Assembly: GCA_043228905.1 (NCBI GenBank)
Contig: JBHGNT010000013.1
Coordinates: 4,774,001-4,838,000, forward strand
Origin: Azolla caroliniana
Lineage: Eukaryota > Plantae > Polypodiophyta
Length of the DNA: 64,000 bases
Direction of reading: 5' to 3'
The translations under genes and the position numbers were made by a program. Below the pieces are notes generated by a model. It was not told the DNA's origin, searched no databases, and saw nothing but the letters and a program-made list of their open reading frames with translations. Positions 24,601 through 38,243 of this stretch are shown piece by piece; positions within the stretch are counted from its first letter, which is position 1, and the number at the start of each line of letters is the position of its first letter.

Positions 24601-27600
24601 GAATCAAAACACAGAGAAAACGGGAATGAATGCACGACACAGTGAAGAGAAGAGTACACAGGATGTTTACGTGGAAAACCCAAATAAGGGAAAAAACCAC
24701 GGCAGTCCACAGACTGCAAACTATCACTATGTCAGAAAGTACAAAAATTGGTAAAGCACCGAAGCAACGACCTCGAGCTTTCTATCTTCACCACAGGCGG
24801 CGGTGACAATAGAGGCAACGACCTCTTCCTCTGTCTCACTCTCTCTGTACACAGTTGCGCTAATCTTACGCAAACAAGAATGACAACAACAACAAAAAAA
24901 GTTTGCCCTAAGTCATATTTATACTAATATGACTTTTCGGCTATTTACAAATATAGCCATGATGAACTCTCAGAAACATATTTACGAATATGTGTCTTCA
25001 TCTGGTGAGCACTCCTCACCGGGTCTGCACCATCCGGCTCTCCGTAGCTGGGTACTCTTCATCCGGTTCTCACTGGGTCTGCACCATCCGGCTCTCCGTA
25101 GTCGGGTACTCTTCATCTGGTTCTCACCGGGTCTTCACCATCCGGCTCTCCGTAGCTAGGTACTCTTCATCCGGTTCTCACCGGGTCTTCACCATCCGGA
25201 GGGACCTGTTTCCTAACAAATTCCCCCTTCACTCCGGCATGGGATGTCTTACTAGTCCGATCCGCTTCCAACATGCATCCAGCTTGTCGGGTATCAGTAC
25301 TTTGGTCAGCATATCTGACCCGTTCTCGGCTGTGTGGATCTTCATCAATGCGAACTTCTGGTCATCTACTCTTTCCTGGATCCAGTGATACCTTCGTTGG
25401 ATATGCTTCGTCCGGGAATGGTGGGCCACATTTTTAGCAAGGTGGATGGCACTTTGACTGTCGCAGAAGAGCCGGTATTCATCTTGCCTGATATCGAGCT
25501 TTCCGATGAAGTCCTTCATCCATAATATTTCCTTGCCGGCTTCCACAACCGCCATGTACTCCGCCTCCGTGGTTGACAACGCAACCGTCTTCTGCAGCCT
25601 CGACTGCCACGAAACAACCCCCCCTGCATATGTTATTACATACCCGGATGTGGACCGGCTGGTATCCACATCAGCCGACATGTCCGAATCGGTAAAACCG
25701 TCAAGTTGAGGTTTACCGGTGTCGTGAAGAAAACCGTCCACAAGCGGAATCGGTGCCGCGGAGCGTAGGAACCGGCTCTACGTGCACATGCGCCCCTTGT
25801 TGTACATAGAAGATCCTAGGCAGGTGGATTCGGTAGGTAGGGAAACGGCTCCTTCCTTACCTATAAAAGGAGGGCGGCGAGGAGGGGCGAAGGATCGCGG
25901 GGAGACGAGGACGAAGTGCTGTCGGTTTGCGTGCGAAGGCTTCTCTCTCTCTCTCTCTCTCTCTGGTTTGCAAACGCCATAGCTTCCTTCTGTGCAGGTT
26001 TCGGGAGGCTCGCGCTGCTCTGAGGAATGCCCAGTGCTTCCGGCAGCACCTCCAACCTACTCCTTCCTTTCTGTGCGTTTACGAACAGGTATCGGCATCT
26101 GTTCGCCGGCCTGTTCGATTGTAACCGACTCTGTGTTGTGTTGTTTGTCGTTTGTTAATACATACATACGTTTGTGTCTTCCTATGTCGCTGTCCCACTC
26201 GCGTCCTTGTGTCGAAGGGCCGTGTCCCTGTGAATCTACTCTCGCACGTAGTGGGCATCTTCTCCTTTCTCTCTTGCTCTTGGGTACAGGACCCCCGAGG
26301 TCCCGCCTCATTCCACGCATCCGCGAGGAAAACCTAGACATCTTGGTGAACCCGACGTGAAAGAGGCGGCAGAAGAGTAGAAGATGAAAGGGTCGGATCT
26401 TGCAAAGGCCATGGCTTCGGCCGTGGATCGGATACTGAGCGCACGCGAGGGCTCCGGCGCCCTCGACAGAGCCATTGAGGCGGTCGTCGGTACGATCGGC
26501 CGGTTCAGCGGAAAGGATGCCACGAAGTATTTGGCGTCCTACGGGGCAGAAATGGTGATGCGGGACATTTCGGAAGAGAGACGTCTTGCCGGGTTTCCTC
26601 GAGTGGCGATGCCGAGCATCCATGCGGAGGTGCTCGAGGTGCGGGCGGAGAGCCGTACCTGGGAGGAGTTCGAAGGCCGACTCCTAGAAAAATACGGGCT
26701 GGACGACGCGCTCCGGCTTTCGAAAAGGGACTTCATGGAATGGGCGGAGTTCCCCGGCAAGGGAAGAAACGCGACGGCACTCCTCCGGGAGTTCGAAGAA
26801 CGCTTTGCGCGCCTTTCGGCGCTTGACCGAACCGTTCTGGATACGAGCCGGGTCCTACTGTTCGTCAAGTCGGTGGACGAGCGGGACCGGGACCAAGTCG
26901 GCTCCTTGCTGGAAACTGAGGACAGGCTGACAACCGACTGGGCTGCGGTTAAGAGAGTCTGTGGCCGTTTCGATAAACGGCGAGAATGGGCTGATAACGG
27001 GGCGGCCGGTGCGGGGTCTGTCACAGCAAGGAGGCTTGAACCGGCACCGCAAGGGCGAAGGGAAGAAACCCGGGAATGGCTCGAAACTGGTCCGGCTTCG
27101 ACCGGCATGGTCAATAGCTCGTCCGGAGGAGCAGCGCTGGAGGAGTTGACGCGAGCGATAAAGGATCTCCAGATCGCCTAGGCTCGAAGGGAAGGCGGCG
27201 AACCGGCTCGTGACCGACTGCCTGCAGCAGGGAACAGGTGCATGTGGTGTGACGAGGTCGGCCACATCCGGAAGGACTGCGGCGATTTCGCAGAAGCGTT
27301 GAGGAACCGGGTGGTGTACCTGTGGGAAGGCCGGGTGCACGCTGGCGACACCAGAAGGGCCCTAAACCGAAACGACGGACGAGGAGGAATGAAGAGACTG
27401 ATGGAAGAGGTAGCGGCCCGACACGTGGACGCCATCCTCTACTCGGCGTCGGCCAGCATTCGGGTCGGGGGCAGCGAGGCCCGAAAGAAGGGCAAAGACG
27501 GATTCTGGTCGGCAATGCTGGAAGGTCTTGCCGGCGCACGGCTAAGGAAAGACGAAACGGACCGCGCTGAGAGACGGGTCCGGGAAATAACCGGGTGGAG

Positions 27601-30600
27601 CGATCCGGTCGGGGAGAAGACGGGCTTCGTAGAAGCCGCCTGCCGGAACTACGAGGCTCTGGTAGAAGACAAACGAGTGGGGAAAGCCGGAGCGGTCGAG
27701 CCTTCACAACGGTACGAGACCCGATTCGGGCAACGACGGAACGATGCCGGCGGGCTCAGCTCGCAAGATAACCCCAGGAAGGGCGGATACCGACTGGGGA
27801 CGGAAATAGAAAGGACTAGGGACCTACGGAAGGTCCTAGAGGAACGGATCCTCGACAGCAAGGTGGAGCTGTCATTGTGGGAGGTGCTAGGGATTGCCAA
27901 GAAGGAGTTCCACGACTCCATTGTAGACTTGGTGAAACGGAAGAGGTTGTCGACGGAGACGGATCCGGAAAGACCAGTAGAGGTGCGGACGGCGCACATC
28001 GACGACATGGCGATGGAAGACGAGTGGGCGGAGAGCCACTATTCGAGGCCACACTGGGCCCGAGCGACCACGGAGACCCCGGTAAAGATCGGAGATGTTC
28101 AGGAACCGGTGGTGGCGTTGGTGGACCACGGTTCGGAAATAAACCTAATGTCCATGGACTTCTATAAGAAGGGAAAGTGGTCGATCAACACCAAGCACGG
28201 GTGGAAGATACGGGCGGCGACGCGCGCCACCGAGGAACTGCACGGGGCCTGCCCGAACGTGCGAGTCAAGATCGGCGACGTCGAGATTGACCAACACTTC
28301 TTCGTACAGGAGACATCCTCGCATCCGGTCATATTAGGTGAACCATACATCACGGCGGCGCGAATGGAGACCAAGGTGTTAGACAACGGTTCGGCCTACG
28401 CAAGGGTCAAAAGCCAGGACGGGCGCCATTCGGTCCAATTTCTGACCGTGAGACCGAACCACGAGCGGAACCGCGAATCCCTCGGTGGCGAGAACCGGGA
28501 GGATTTTTAGAGAGGGCTGCCAAGGCGTGGGGCCGAGACAGTCCGGACACTCGGGAATGACCCCACGACTGTACGGTAGGTAGGAGATTTTGCTTCTCCG
28601 ACAACGGAGGGTGTATGATAGTCGGCATCGTTGGCCGAGAAAAGACAAGGGCGGAAGTGCGACTTCGAGCATGCGGAGTTCTCGGCCCGGACAAGGAAAT
28701 CAGCGGGGCCGTGGAGGCGGTCTCCTTCGACGACACCTTGGGGATGCTGAGGAAGGTTGCCGGAGAAGACCTTAACGAAGACCGGACGATACCGGTATGT
28801 TCCGAAGAGATGTACGAAGTCATCGCGAACTTCAGTCGGGGGCTCGGGTCGGATCGGACGGCCCGAGTTAGCACGAAGTACAAGACTGTGGACCGGAAGG
28901 TAAGGCCTGTCGCGGCACCCTTACCGGAGGGCAGCGAGTCCCGAATCAGAGGGGTTGCATCAGACCCCAGTTTACGAGATCCGGCCTGCATAGGACACAC
29001 CTTCACCGACGGGACGCTCCGGGAGCTCAAGATCGGTGGGGGCGGGTTCCTACTGCCTGCGGAGGAAGACCGGTTTCGGAGAATGCTCGGAAGGCACGGA
29101 AAGGCCTTCGCATTCTCACCGGAAGAGATCGGGTGCGTAGACCCGACGATCGTGGAGCTGATGGTGATATTCACGGTACCGCATGTACCGTGGAATCTCA
29201 ACCCGATTCCGGTACCGAGAGCTCACATCCCGAAGTTGATGGAGCTATTGAGGCAGAAAGTAGATATGGGCATTCTCGAACCGTCGCGTGCCCCATACTC
29301 GAACCGATGGTTTACCGTACCAAAGAAAAACGGAACGATGCGCTTCATTCAAGACCTGCAACCGGTCAACAGAGTGACCATTCGGATCGCAGGAATCGGA
29401 CCGACCATAGACGAGTTCACGGAGGCCTTCGCCGGAAGGTCGATTTACTCGGTCCGTGATCTGTACTCAGGGTACGACCAGTTCCAGCTAGCCGTGGAGA
29501 GCAGAGATATTACGACGATGCGAACTCCCCTCGGCCTAGTGCGAATGTGTACCCTGCCACAAGGAGGGACCAACTCGGTGGCCCACATGGTGAATGCAAT
29601 GAACAAGGTACTGAGGGATTGCATACCGGACATCACCATGCCATTTCTAGACGACATCCCGATCAAGGGGTGCCCGGTGGAGGAGAAGGACGAGACAGTC
29701 GGGCCGGACGGATGTCGGCGGTTCGTGGCGACACACATCGACGACTGCGAGAAGGTGCTACAGAGGCTACAGGATGCGAGACACACCTTCTCCGGGGAGA
29801 AATCAGCCTTCGGGCAATCGGAAATCCTGGTGGCCGGACACCTATGTGGACCTTATGGCCGGAAGCCATCTCCGGCAAAGGTAGAAGCCATCTCCGCGAT
29901 GAAGATCGATTGTAGCTCGGTTACGGAAGTTCGGAGGTTCCTGGGGGCTTGCGCGTTCTACCACATATGGATCCCTCATTACGCCCACGTTGCGGAGCCG
30001 CTATACGGGTTGCTGAAGAAAGGGCGAAAATTCGAGTGGCGAGACGAGCACACGGAGTCAGTCCGGAAGCTGAAGGAAGCTCTTGCGGCAGCACCGGCGC
30101 TCCGGAAGGCTGTCTACGAGAAGGGTACCCCGGTATACATAACGGTGGATACGAGTCCGACCGGGATCGGATGGGTCGTCAACCAAGAAGACGGGGACGG
30201 CACCCGGTTCCCGATCCGATTCGGCGCTAAGGTCCTCAGTGAACGACAGCAAGGGTACGCCCAGGTTAAACGGGAACTCTGGGGTATCGTTTCAGCAGTA
30301 AAGGCCGACAAAGACTACCTGATCGGGACAGAAGTGGTTATCGAGACGGATTGCCTGCCGATTCTCGGCATGGTTTCCGGATGCGCGACACCGGACCTGG
30401 CGATGCTCAGGTGGATAGCGTACATCAAGTCCCTGGACCCGGAAATACGACACATTTCCGGAAAAGACAACGCCATGGCCGACATGCTTTCGAGGGTGAA
30501 GTTTGATGACGAGGGCGGCATGGTTTCAGAGGACGAAGAAGTCGGCGTGGACTTCTTCGAGGCGGCGTACGTGACGACTGATGGGGCGAGCACTCCGGCA

Positions 30601-33600
30601 CTTAACGGCTTCGACGAGAGCAAGTACGACGGCGAGTGGCTGCAGATCGGTGGGTTTCTGAGGACAATGACGCCGGATGCGTCATGGACGAAAGACGAGG
30701 CCAACCGGGTCCGGAAGAAAGCTTACCGATTCTTTTTCCGGGACGGATACTTATGGAAGCACCCGAAGAAGAGGAACGGCGTCCCGCTCCGGGTGGTGGC
30801 GATGAAGGGAGAACAGGAGGAGCTGCTGACGGCCTACCACGACAGCCCTTGGGCTGGACACCGTGGAACGTGGGCCACGTTCGAGAAGATAAAGGGGAAG
30901 TACTGGTGGCCGGGACTGTACCGGGACGTGCATCGGTTCGTGACAACTTGTGAGAGCTGTCAGATGCACTCCATAGTCCGACATCGGGACGAGCTTCACC
31001 CTACGTACCCTCCGACCATCCACTTCAAATGGATGGTAGATCTGGTGACGATGCCGATGGAAGTAGGACAGATGCGGTATCTGGTCCTGGCTCGGGAAGA
31101 TCGGACCAACCAGGTAGAAGGCTGAGCCCTTCAGAACAAAACGACCGCGGCCGTATGTCGGTTCCTGATTGAGGATGTGATATGCCGGTACGGGTGCTGA
31201 TCGTGGCTGATCGTGGGGAGATCGTGGGAAGATCGTGGCTGATTGTGGGGAGCTGGACGCCGAAGAGGCCGAGGAGCTGTTCGACCGGCTAGGAGTCAAG
31301 CTCTCGCTTACCACTGCGTACAATCCGGAGGCGAATGGAAAGGTGGAGCGCGGACACGGACCGATCGTCAAGGCGTTAGTTCGGGCATGCGGGGGTCAAG
31401 TCGGGAACTGGCCGCGACTGCTGCCTTACGCGTTGTGGGCTGACCGAACTACGCACAATTCGGTAACCGGATTCATGCCGGCAGAGCTCATGTTTGGGCA
31501 GAAGCCGATCATGCCGATGGAACGTACAATCTCCTCATGGGCAACCGTGGACTGGAGAGACGAGATGAGCCGGGAGGAACTGTTGACGGCGCACATACGA
31601 CAGCTCGAGCGAAGACCGGAGGACCTGGAGCAGGCTGCGGAAAAGCTTCGGGTGGCCAGGACGAGGAAGAAAGCCCGGTTCGACCGGACGCACCGGCTCC
31701 GACCGAAGAAGATCGAGGAAGGCGACTGGGTGCTAGTCTAGGACAGCAGCCTCGACAACCAGCACCGAGCGACACGGAAGTTCGCAAGAAGGTGGTTCGG
31801 GCCTTACGTGGTACAAAGCGCCAATGACAACGGGACGTACCATTTGGCGGAACCCGACGGCACAAGAATAGCGATACCGGTAGCTGGGAAGCGGATCAAA
31901 GCGTTCAAGAAGCGTCACGACAACGAGCCGGATCCGGTTAACCTAGACCGCGACGACGAACGATCCGAAACCGAAGAAGAACCGACGGGTGGAGAATGAA
32001 GGCTGGAGAGGTTTTCTCCGTCCCAACACAATTTGGCGCATGCCGGTGGATGTGCGGTTAGGTGGGGGCGGATGTCGTGAAGAAAACCGTCCACAAGCGG
32101 AATCGGTGCCGCGGAGCGTAGGAGCCGGCTCTACGTGCACATGCGCCCCTTGTTGTACATAGAAGATCCTAGGCAGGTGGATTCTGTAGGTAGGGAAATG
32201 GCTCCTTCCTTACCTATAAAAGGGGGGTGGCGAGGAGGGGCGAAGGATCGCGGGGAGACGAGGATGAAGTTCTGTCGGTTTGCGTGCGAAGGCTTCTCTC
32301 TCTCTCTCTCTCTCTCTGGTTTGCAAACGCCATAGCTTCCTTCTGTGCAGGTTTCGGGAGGCTCGCGCTGCTCTGAGGAATGCCCGAGTGCTTCTGGCAA
32401 CACCTCCAACCTACTCCTTCCTTTCTGTGCGTTTACGAACAGGTATCGACATCTGTTCGCCGGCCTGTTCGATTGTAACCGACTCTGTGTTGTGTTGTTT
32501 GTCGTTTGTTAATACATACATACGTTTGTGTCTTCCTGTGTCACTGTCCCACTCGCGTCCTTGTGTCGAAGGGCCGTGTCCCTGTGAATCTACTCTCGCA
32601 CGTAGTGGGCATCTTCTCCTTTCTCTCTTGCTCTTGGGTACAGGACCCCCGAGGTCCCGCCTCATTCCACGCATCCGCGAGGAAAACCTCGACACCGGAG
32701 CCGAATCGGAGACACATGTTCGAAGTGCCCTTCAAGTACCGGAGTATCCATTTGACCGTGTTCTAATGCTCCTTGCCGGGATTGCTCATAAACCGGCTCA
32801 CCACTCTGACTGCGTATCCAATATATGGTCGAGTACACACCATTGCGTACATTAAGCTCCCGACAGCAGAGGCATATGGAACCTTCATCATATCCGCCTT
32901 CTCTGCTTTCGTCTTCTGGCTTTGCTTACCGGAAAACCTGCAGTTTGCCGGAAGTGTCGATCCGACTGGTTTCGCATCTGACATGTTGAACCGCTGAAGC
33001 ACCTTTGTCACGTACTCTCCTGTGACAGCCACAGTTACTTCGTTGGCCAGTTCCGGATGATATGCATCCCCAACATATGTCTTGCCGGACCCAAGTCTTT
33101 CATTGAGAATGTCCGCTTGAGAGCCTTCTTCAGCATCCATATTTTGGCTTGGTCCTGTCCGACGATCAACATGTCGTCCACGTACAGAATGAGTATCAGG
33201 AAGTCGCCTCCTTCGAACTTCTTCACAAACACGCAGTGATCGGCCTACGTCTTGTGGTACCCTTGATCGGTCATGAAGGAGTCGAACTTCCGGTACCATT
33301 GCGGGGGGGCCTGCTTCAACCTGTAGAGGCTCTTCTTCAACCGAAAAACCAGGTGCTCCTTCCCTTTCTCCACGAATCCTTCCGGTTGCTGCATGTAGAT
33401 CTCCTCTTCGAGGTCACCGTGAAGGAATGCCGTCTTCACGTCTAGCTGCTCTACCTCGAGGTCCATGCTTGCCGCTATACTCAGCACCGTCCGGATGGAG
33501 GTCATCTTTACTACCGGGGCAAATATCTCATCGAAGTCCACGCCCTTCTTCTGCTGGAACCCCTTCACCACGATCCTGGCTTTGTATCTCGGGGGGTTGC

Positions 33601-36600
33601 CGGCATCTCCCGGTTTCAACTTGTACACCCACTTGTTTCGGAGTGCCCGCTTTCCTTTCGGCAACTCCACCAATTTGTACGTATGGTTCTCATGCACAGA
33701 ATCCATCTCATCCTGCATGGCACTTAACCATTTTCGGTTGTGGGTGTCATCCTTTGCTTCTTCGAAGCTTTCTGGCTCCCCCTCATTGGTTAGCAGCACA
33801 TGCTCTGCATCTGGAAATCTCCGGGGGGCCCTTCTCTCTCTGAGTGGATATCTCCGTCTCTGGGCTTCGGAAACCGGCTCCTCCATTTGCTCTTCATCTG
33901 AATCCGATTCGGGGTCTTGACCCGTTCCGGTTTCAGTTTTCTCTACTTCTTCTTCTGTTGGTTCGGTATCCTCACCGTAACCGGCTGGTTCGTCGAGTGC
34001 TAACCGGTCTCCTGCCGGTTGGGTCTGCTCATCGTAGAATCGATCCTTACCGGTCGACTCAGAGTTCATTATCTTCTTCTCCGACTCCCAGTTGGCGAGC
34101 TTCTTATCCTCCATGAAGATAATATCTCGACTCCGGAATACCTTCTTGTCAATCGGGTCCCACACTTGGTAGCCGAACTCATCGTCGCCGTAATTGAGGA
34201 ATATGCATGGCCGGGTCTTTGGATCTAAGTTTCCTCTCCTGTCCTTAGCTACATGCACGTATGTGAGGCACCCGAACACCTTAAGATGCCAGTAGGACAC
34301 TTCCTTACTGGTCCACACCTTCTGCGGTGTGTCTCCATCCAAGGGCACTGAGGGTGATCTGTTTATCACATACGTTGTTGTCGACAACGCCGCAACCCAA
34401 AACGTCTTGGGTAACTTTTCATGTGCCAGCATACTCCGGACCCTCTCCATTATGGTCTGGTTCATCCTCTCGGCCAGCCTGTTTAGTTCTAGCGTCTTCG
34501 GCACGGTAAATTCGAGCCAGATTCCCTTCGAGCGATAATACTCCTCGAACTGCCCCCGGTATTCACCTCCGTTATCTGCTCGAACCGCCTTCAGCTTCCG
34601 GCCGGTTTCTCTTTCCACTCTCGCGTGGAGCTCTTTGAAGACGGATAACACCTGATCCTTCGTCTTCAATGGTGTGGCCCACAATTTCCGGCTGTAGTCA
34701 TCTATGAATGTCACGAAGTACTGCGATCCTGCATGTGACTTCGTGTCCACTTGACACACATCAGTATGCACCAACTCCAGCGGTGCATTACGTCTCATCG
34801 GAGGCCTCGATCGGAAAGAGGTCTGGTTTTGCTTTCCGGCCAGACAATCAGTGCACTTGTCCAAGTGCACGTTCTTCATTGGAATGAGGTTGTCATCTGC
34901 AAGACTCTTCATCCCCTTCTCGCTCATGTGACACAGCCTTTTGTGCCACAGCTCACCGGCAGTGTCGGATGCCACGTTCACTTCCTCCGGACATAACCGG
35001 GCATTCATCAGGTACAACGTGTTGACCTTCTGGGCTCGAGCCACAATCAGGCTCCCTTTGTTGAACTTCATAACACCGTTCCGGATGCTACCCGTGTAGC
35101 CTTCATCATCTAGCCGACCAACTGATATCAGGTTCAGACGAACCTCCGGAACGTGTCAGAAATCCTTCAGCAGCAACTTGCACCCGGTTGGTGTTGTCAA
35201 CCACACGTCTCCTATGCCGACAATTCGGCATGTACCTTCATTCCCCATCCGGACACAGCCGTGATCACCGACTGAGGAGGATGAGAAGCATTTCCGGTCT
35301 GGGGTAAGGTGGAACGACGCTCCGGAGTCGACCACCCAGGTCATCTCGTCGCCGGCAAGGTTTATCTCACTCTCCTCGGTGATGAGCATCAACTCTTCTT
35401 CACTTGCCGCGATTGCCATCGTTCCCTTCTGGTCCGACCCCGTCCGGTCTTTACCGTTCCGGTCCGATGTCTGCTTTGAATCGGTAGCGTCAGTTTCCTT
35501 GTCTTTTTGGAAATGCTGATAGTTCTTCTGGAAGTGTCCTGGCTTGCCGCAATAGAAGCAAGTAGGCCTCCCCCTTGACTTTGACCGTGTCCCCGACTTT
35601 TCCCGGTTCTGGGGGCTACGGTTCCTTTGTCTTCCGCGTTCCGATTCGGTAAGGAGTGCTTTGGAGTCGGAGTTCGTATCCTTATCTTTCCGACGCGCCT
35701 CCTCATTTAGCAAGCTCGACTTCACTCTTGCTAGGGATAACCGTTTCCCTTCCGGCCCGGCGTTGCCCAAGGTGACAACCAATGTCTCCCAGCTATCTGG
35801 GAGGCAACCGAGCAGGAGTAGTGCTAGTACCTCATCGGCAAGAGGTACTTCCAATGATGTTGCCTGGTGGATCAGCCCCTGGAAGGCATTCATGTGCTCC
35901 ACCATGCTGGAGCCATCTTGGTACCAGAGTCTTACTAGCTTCCGGAACACCGAAACCTGTTTAACAACATTTTTGTTCTGAAACATAATGCCGATCTTCT
36001 CCCAGAGCTCATGAGCCTTGCTCTCTTCATTGAAGTTGTTGTATAGGCTCATGTTGATGACGCACCATATGTACGTCGTTGTCTTCATGTGCATCACCTC
36101 CCATATCGTGGCGTCGATTTTGTCCGGTCTCTTGTCCCCGAACTGAACCGGCAACCAAAGATCTTTAACCACGAGCATGTCCCTCATCTTCGTCTTCCAC
36201 ACTAAATAGTTGGAGCCGGTGATCTTGAACATGCCAACGATTCGTCCATCTTCTGTGTCGTTTCGCTCTGATACCACTTTGACAAGAACACACACTCCCG
36301 ATGAACAATGCTCGGCCACAACCGAGCTTAGAATCAAAACACAGAAAAAATGGGAATGAATGCACGACACAGTGAAGAGAAGAGTACACAGGATGTTTAC
36401 GTGGAAAACCCAAATAAGGGAAAAAACCACGGCAGCCCACAGACTGCAAACTATCACTATGTCAGAAAGTACAAAAATTGGTAAAGCACCGAAGCAACGA
36501 CCTCGAGCTTTCTATCTTCACCACAGGCGGCGGTTACAATAGAGACAACGACCTCTTCCTCTGTCTCACTCTCTCTGTACACAGTTGCGCGCTCTAATCT

Positions 36601-38243
36601 TACACAAACAAGAATGACAACAACAACAAAAAAAGTTTGCCCTAAGTCATATTTATACTAATATGACTTTTCCGCTATTTACAAATATAGCCATGATGAA
36701 CTCTCAGAAACATATTTATGAATATGTCTCTTCATCTGGTGAGCACTCCTCACTGGGTCTGCACCATCCGGCTCTCCTTAGCCGGGTACTCTTCATCCGG
36801 TTCTCACCGGGTCTGCACCATCCGGCTCTCCGTAGTCGGGTACTCCTCATCTTGTTCTCACCGGGTCTGCACCATCCGGCTCTCCGTAGCCGGGTACTCT
36901 TCATCTGGTTCTCGCCGGGTCTTCACCATCCGGCTCTCCGTAGCCGGGTACTCTTCATCCGGTTCTCACCGGGTCTTCACCATCCGGAGGGACATGTTTC
37001 CTAACAGGCCGATGACTCGAGGATGGTGAACGCCACTTCGAGGGAGGATAAATGTTTCGGAACACGCATTGTGTACGAAACATCGAGTGATGAAGGTGCA
37101 AGCATGAGAAAATCTTCAATGATCGAGGGAGATAAAGTGTTTGAGTCCGACGTGATTGAGGAGGTAGCCATGAAAAACGACATTGAGTCAGAGGTGGCTA
37201 TGGACGAGTCGACGACGGATAGCCATGTCGACACTTTCTCCACGCTTGTTCTAGAGACTTCGGCGGTTGTGCCCGTGTGCCAACGTGAGACCAGAGAGAC
37301 GGAATGTGGTGACGGGAAGCCGAAGGCCCAACACAAAGAGGAAGAAGATCGAGGAAGAAAGGATATCCCCACACCTATTTTAGAGACTTCGGCGGTTGTG
37401 CACGTGCGCCAATGTGAGGCCGGAGAGACGGAATGTGTCGACGGAAAAGCGGACGACCGGAAGGGTGATGAGGAAGACAAGGTAAAGGAACGAAGGGATT
37501 CCTTCACACTGGTTCCGGAGACTTCGGTAGTCGAGACCGTGTGTCGACATAAGACCAAAGGTAAAGGAGGTGGCGGAGAGGACATAATATGGCTCGAGGC
37601 GAGCATACACAGAGGGAAGGATGTGGCCGACGAGGAGGCCAAGGATGAATCCGCGGTTGAGTTCAATGGAGAGGCAGCATGCAGGAACGGAGGAAGAGTC
37701 AAGAACCGGTCGAACTGGAAGACGATCCGGCCGGGATTCCGGCCCGAACGAAGGAAGATACACATGGGAGATGATCGACCAGGGCCGACCCGACCGAAAC
37801 TTGATTCGGAGGAAATTGATCGGATGATCTCGATCCAAAAGGGGGCCGACCCGGCTAGAATCAATCGGTCGAGCCCAACTCGGCGAAATGCGAATGTAGA
37901 CGAAGGCCAACCGAGCCAAGAAGCGATCGGCGGAGACCGATCCGGACAAGGGAAAACCTGGCATAATCGGAGATCGACACAAACGATCCACAACACCCAG
38001 TTGAAGACGGTGAGCGCAAGGAGTGGCCAGGAGTCCAATCGAAGGACACGCGCGGTGGACGAAGGAAGAGCAGTCGGATCGACGACATCGTTCGGTAGAT
38101 CTACTACAACCGATCGGGGAAGGTGTGAGCGCCGGATATGGTGGATCGGGTGGCTACGGTGGTTCGGTTGGAAAGATTGCGCATACTCGAAGTGGAAGAC
38201 GAAGTCAGACGAGGTCGACGAGCGTGCAGAGGATCTCGGTTGA
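21374..38243 (+). CDS. gag: Gag-derived ORF of element G in three pieces (21374-21566, 23863-24549, 37012-38243), about 703 aa when rejoined
   Basis: Reading frame is restored at both nested insertion sites after removing one TSD copy; N-terminal part is homologous to the gag at 26384-27181. Confidence 0.75.
21567..23857 (-). mobile_element. pol: Internally deleted Ty1/copia H (3' LTR 21567-22019, RT/RNaseH remnant, ~50-bp 5' LTR remnant), TSD CGAAG
   Basis: CGAAG at 21562-21566 and 23858-23862; PPT complement CTCCCCCTCAAG at 22020; motifs LYGLKQAPRAW and LSSTEAEY. Confidence 0.92.
21636..21684. repeat. (GATA)n/(GA)n microsatellite in the LTR of copia H
   Basis: Direct reading of the sequence. 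Confidence 0.9.
25021..25200. repeat. 54-bp CCGG-rich tandem repeat in U3 of copia I (3 full units here, 4 at 36755-36970)
   Basis: GGGTCTGCACCATCCGGCTCTCCGTAG...TTCTCACC units start at 25021, 25075 and 25129. Confidence 0.9.
26384..28510 (+). pseudogene. gag: Gag-protease of J (one internal TAG at 27179)
   Basis: CMWCDEVGHIRKDC knuckle; ALVDHGSEINL protease; ends EDF*. Confidence 0.9.
28501..31999 (+). pseudogene. pol: RT-RNaseH-integrase of J, in the -1 frame relative to gag-PR; a few stops and a small duplication near 31200
   Basis: PFLDDIPIKG; VDTSPTGIG; GHRG..CESC; YNPEANGKVER; WFGP. Confidence 0.93.

Larger units (their letters stand above)
25720..32694 (+). mobile_element. Full-length Trp-lineage Ty3/gypsy J (LTRs 25720-26340 and 32073-32694; TSD CCGG)
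   Basis: TGTCGTGA...GACA LTRs; Trp PBS 26344-26360; PPT GGTGGGGGCGGA; CCGG at 25716-25719 and 32695-32698; the empty site is visible in the paralogous copia near 58598. Confidence 0.97.
24550..37006 (-). mobile_element. Full-length Tnt1/Tork-like Ty1/copia I (LTRs 24550-25218 and 36280-37006; TSD GGCCA/GGCCG)
   Basis: Met-i PBS complement GCTCTGATACCA at 36265-36276; PPT complement AATTCCCCCTT at 25219; ORFs 35156-36457 (gag-PR), 33245-35071 (IN-RT) and 25229-25719 (RNase H). Confidence 0.95.

Noticed and set aside
37001-38038. 345-aa antisense ORF and many other overlapping ORFs in GC-rich elements
   Set aside because: These are shadow frames of gag/pol coding strands with no recognisable motifs
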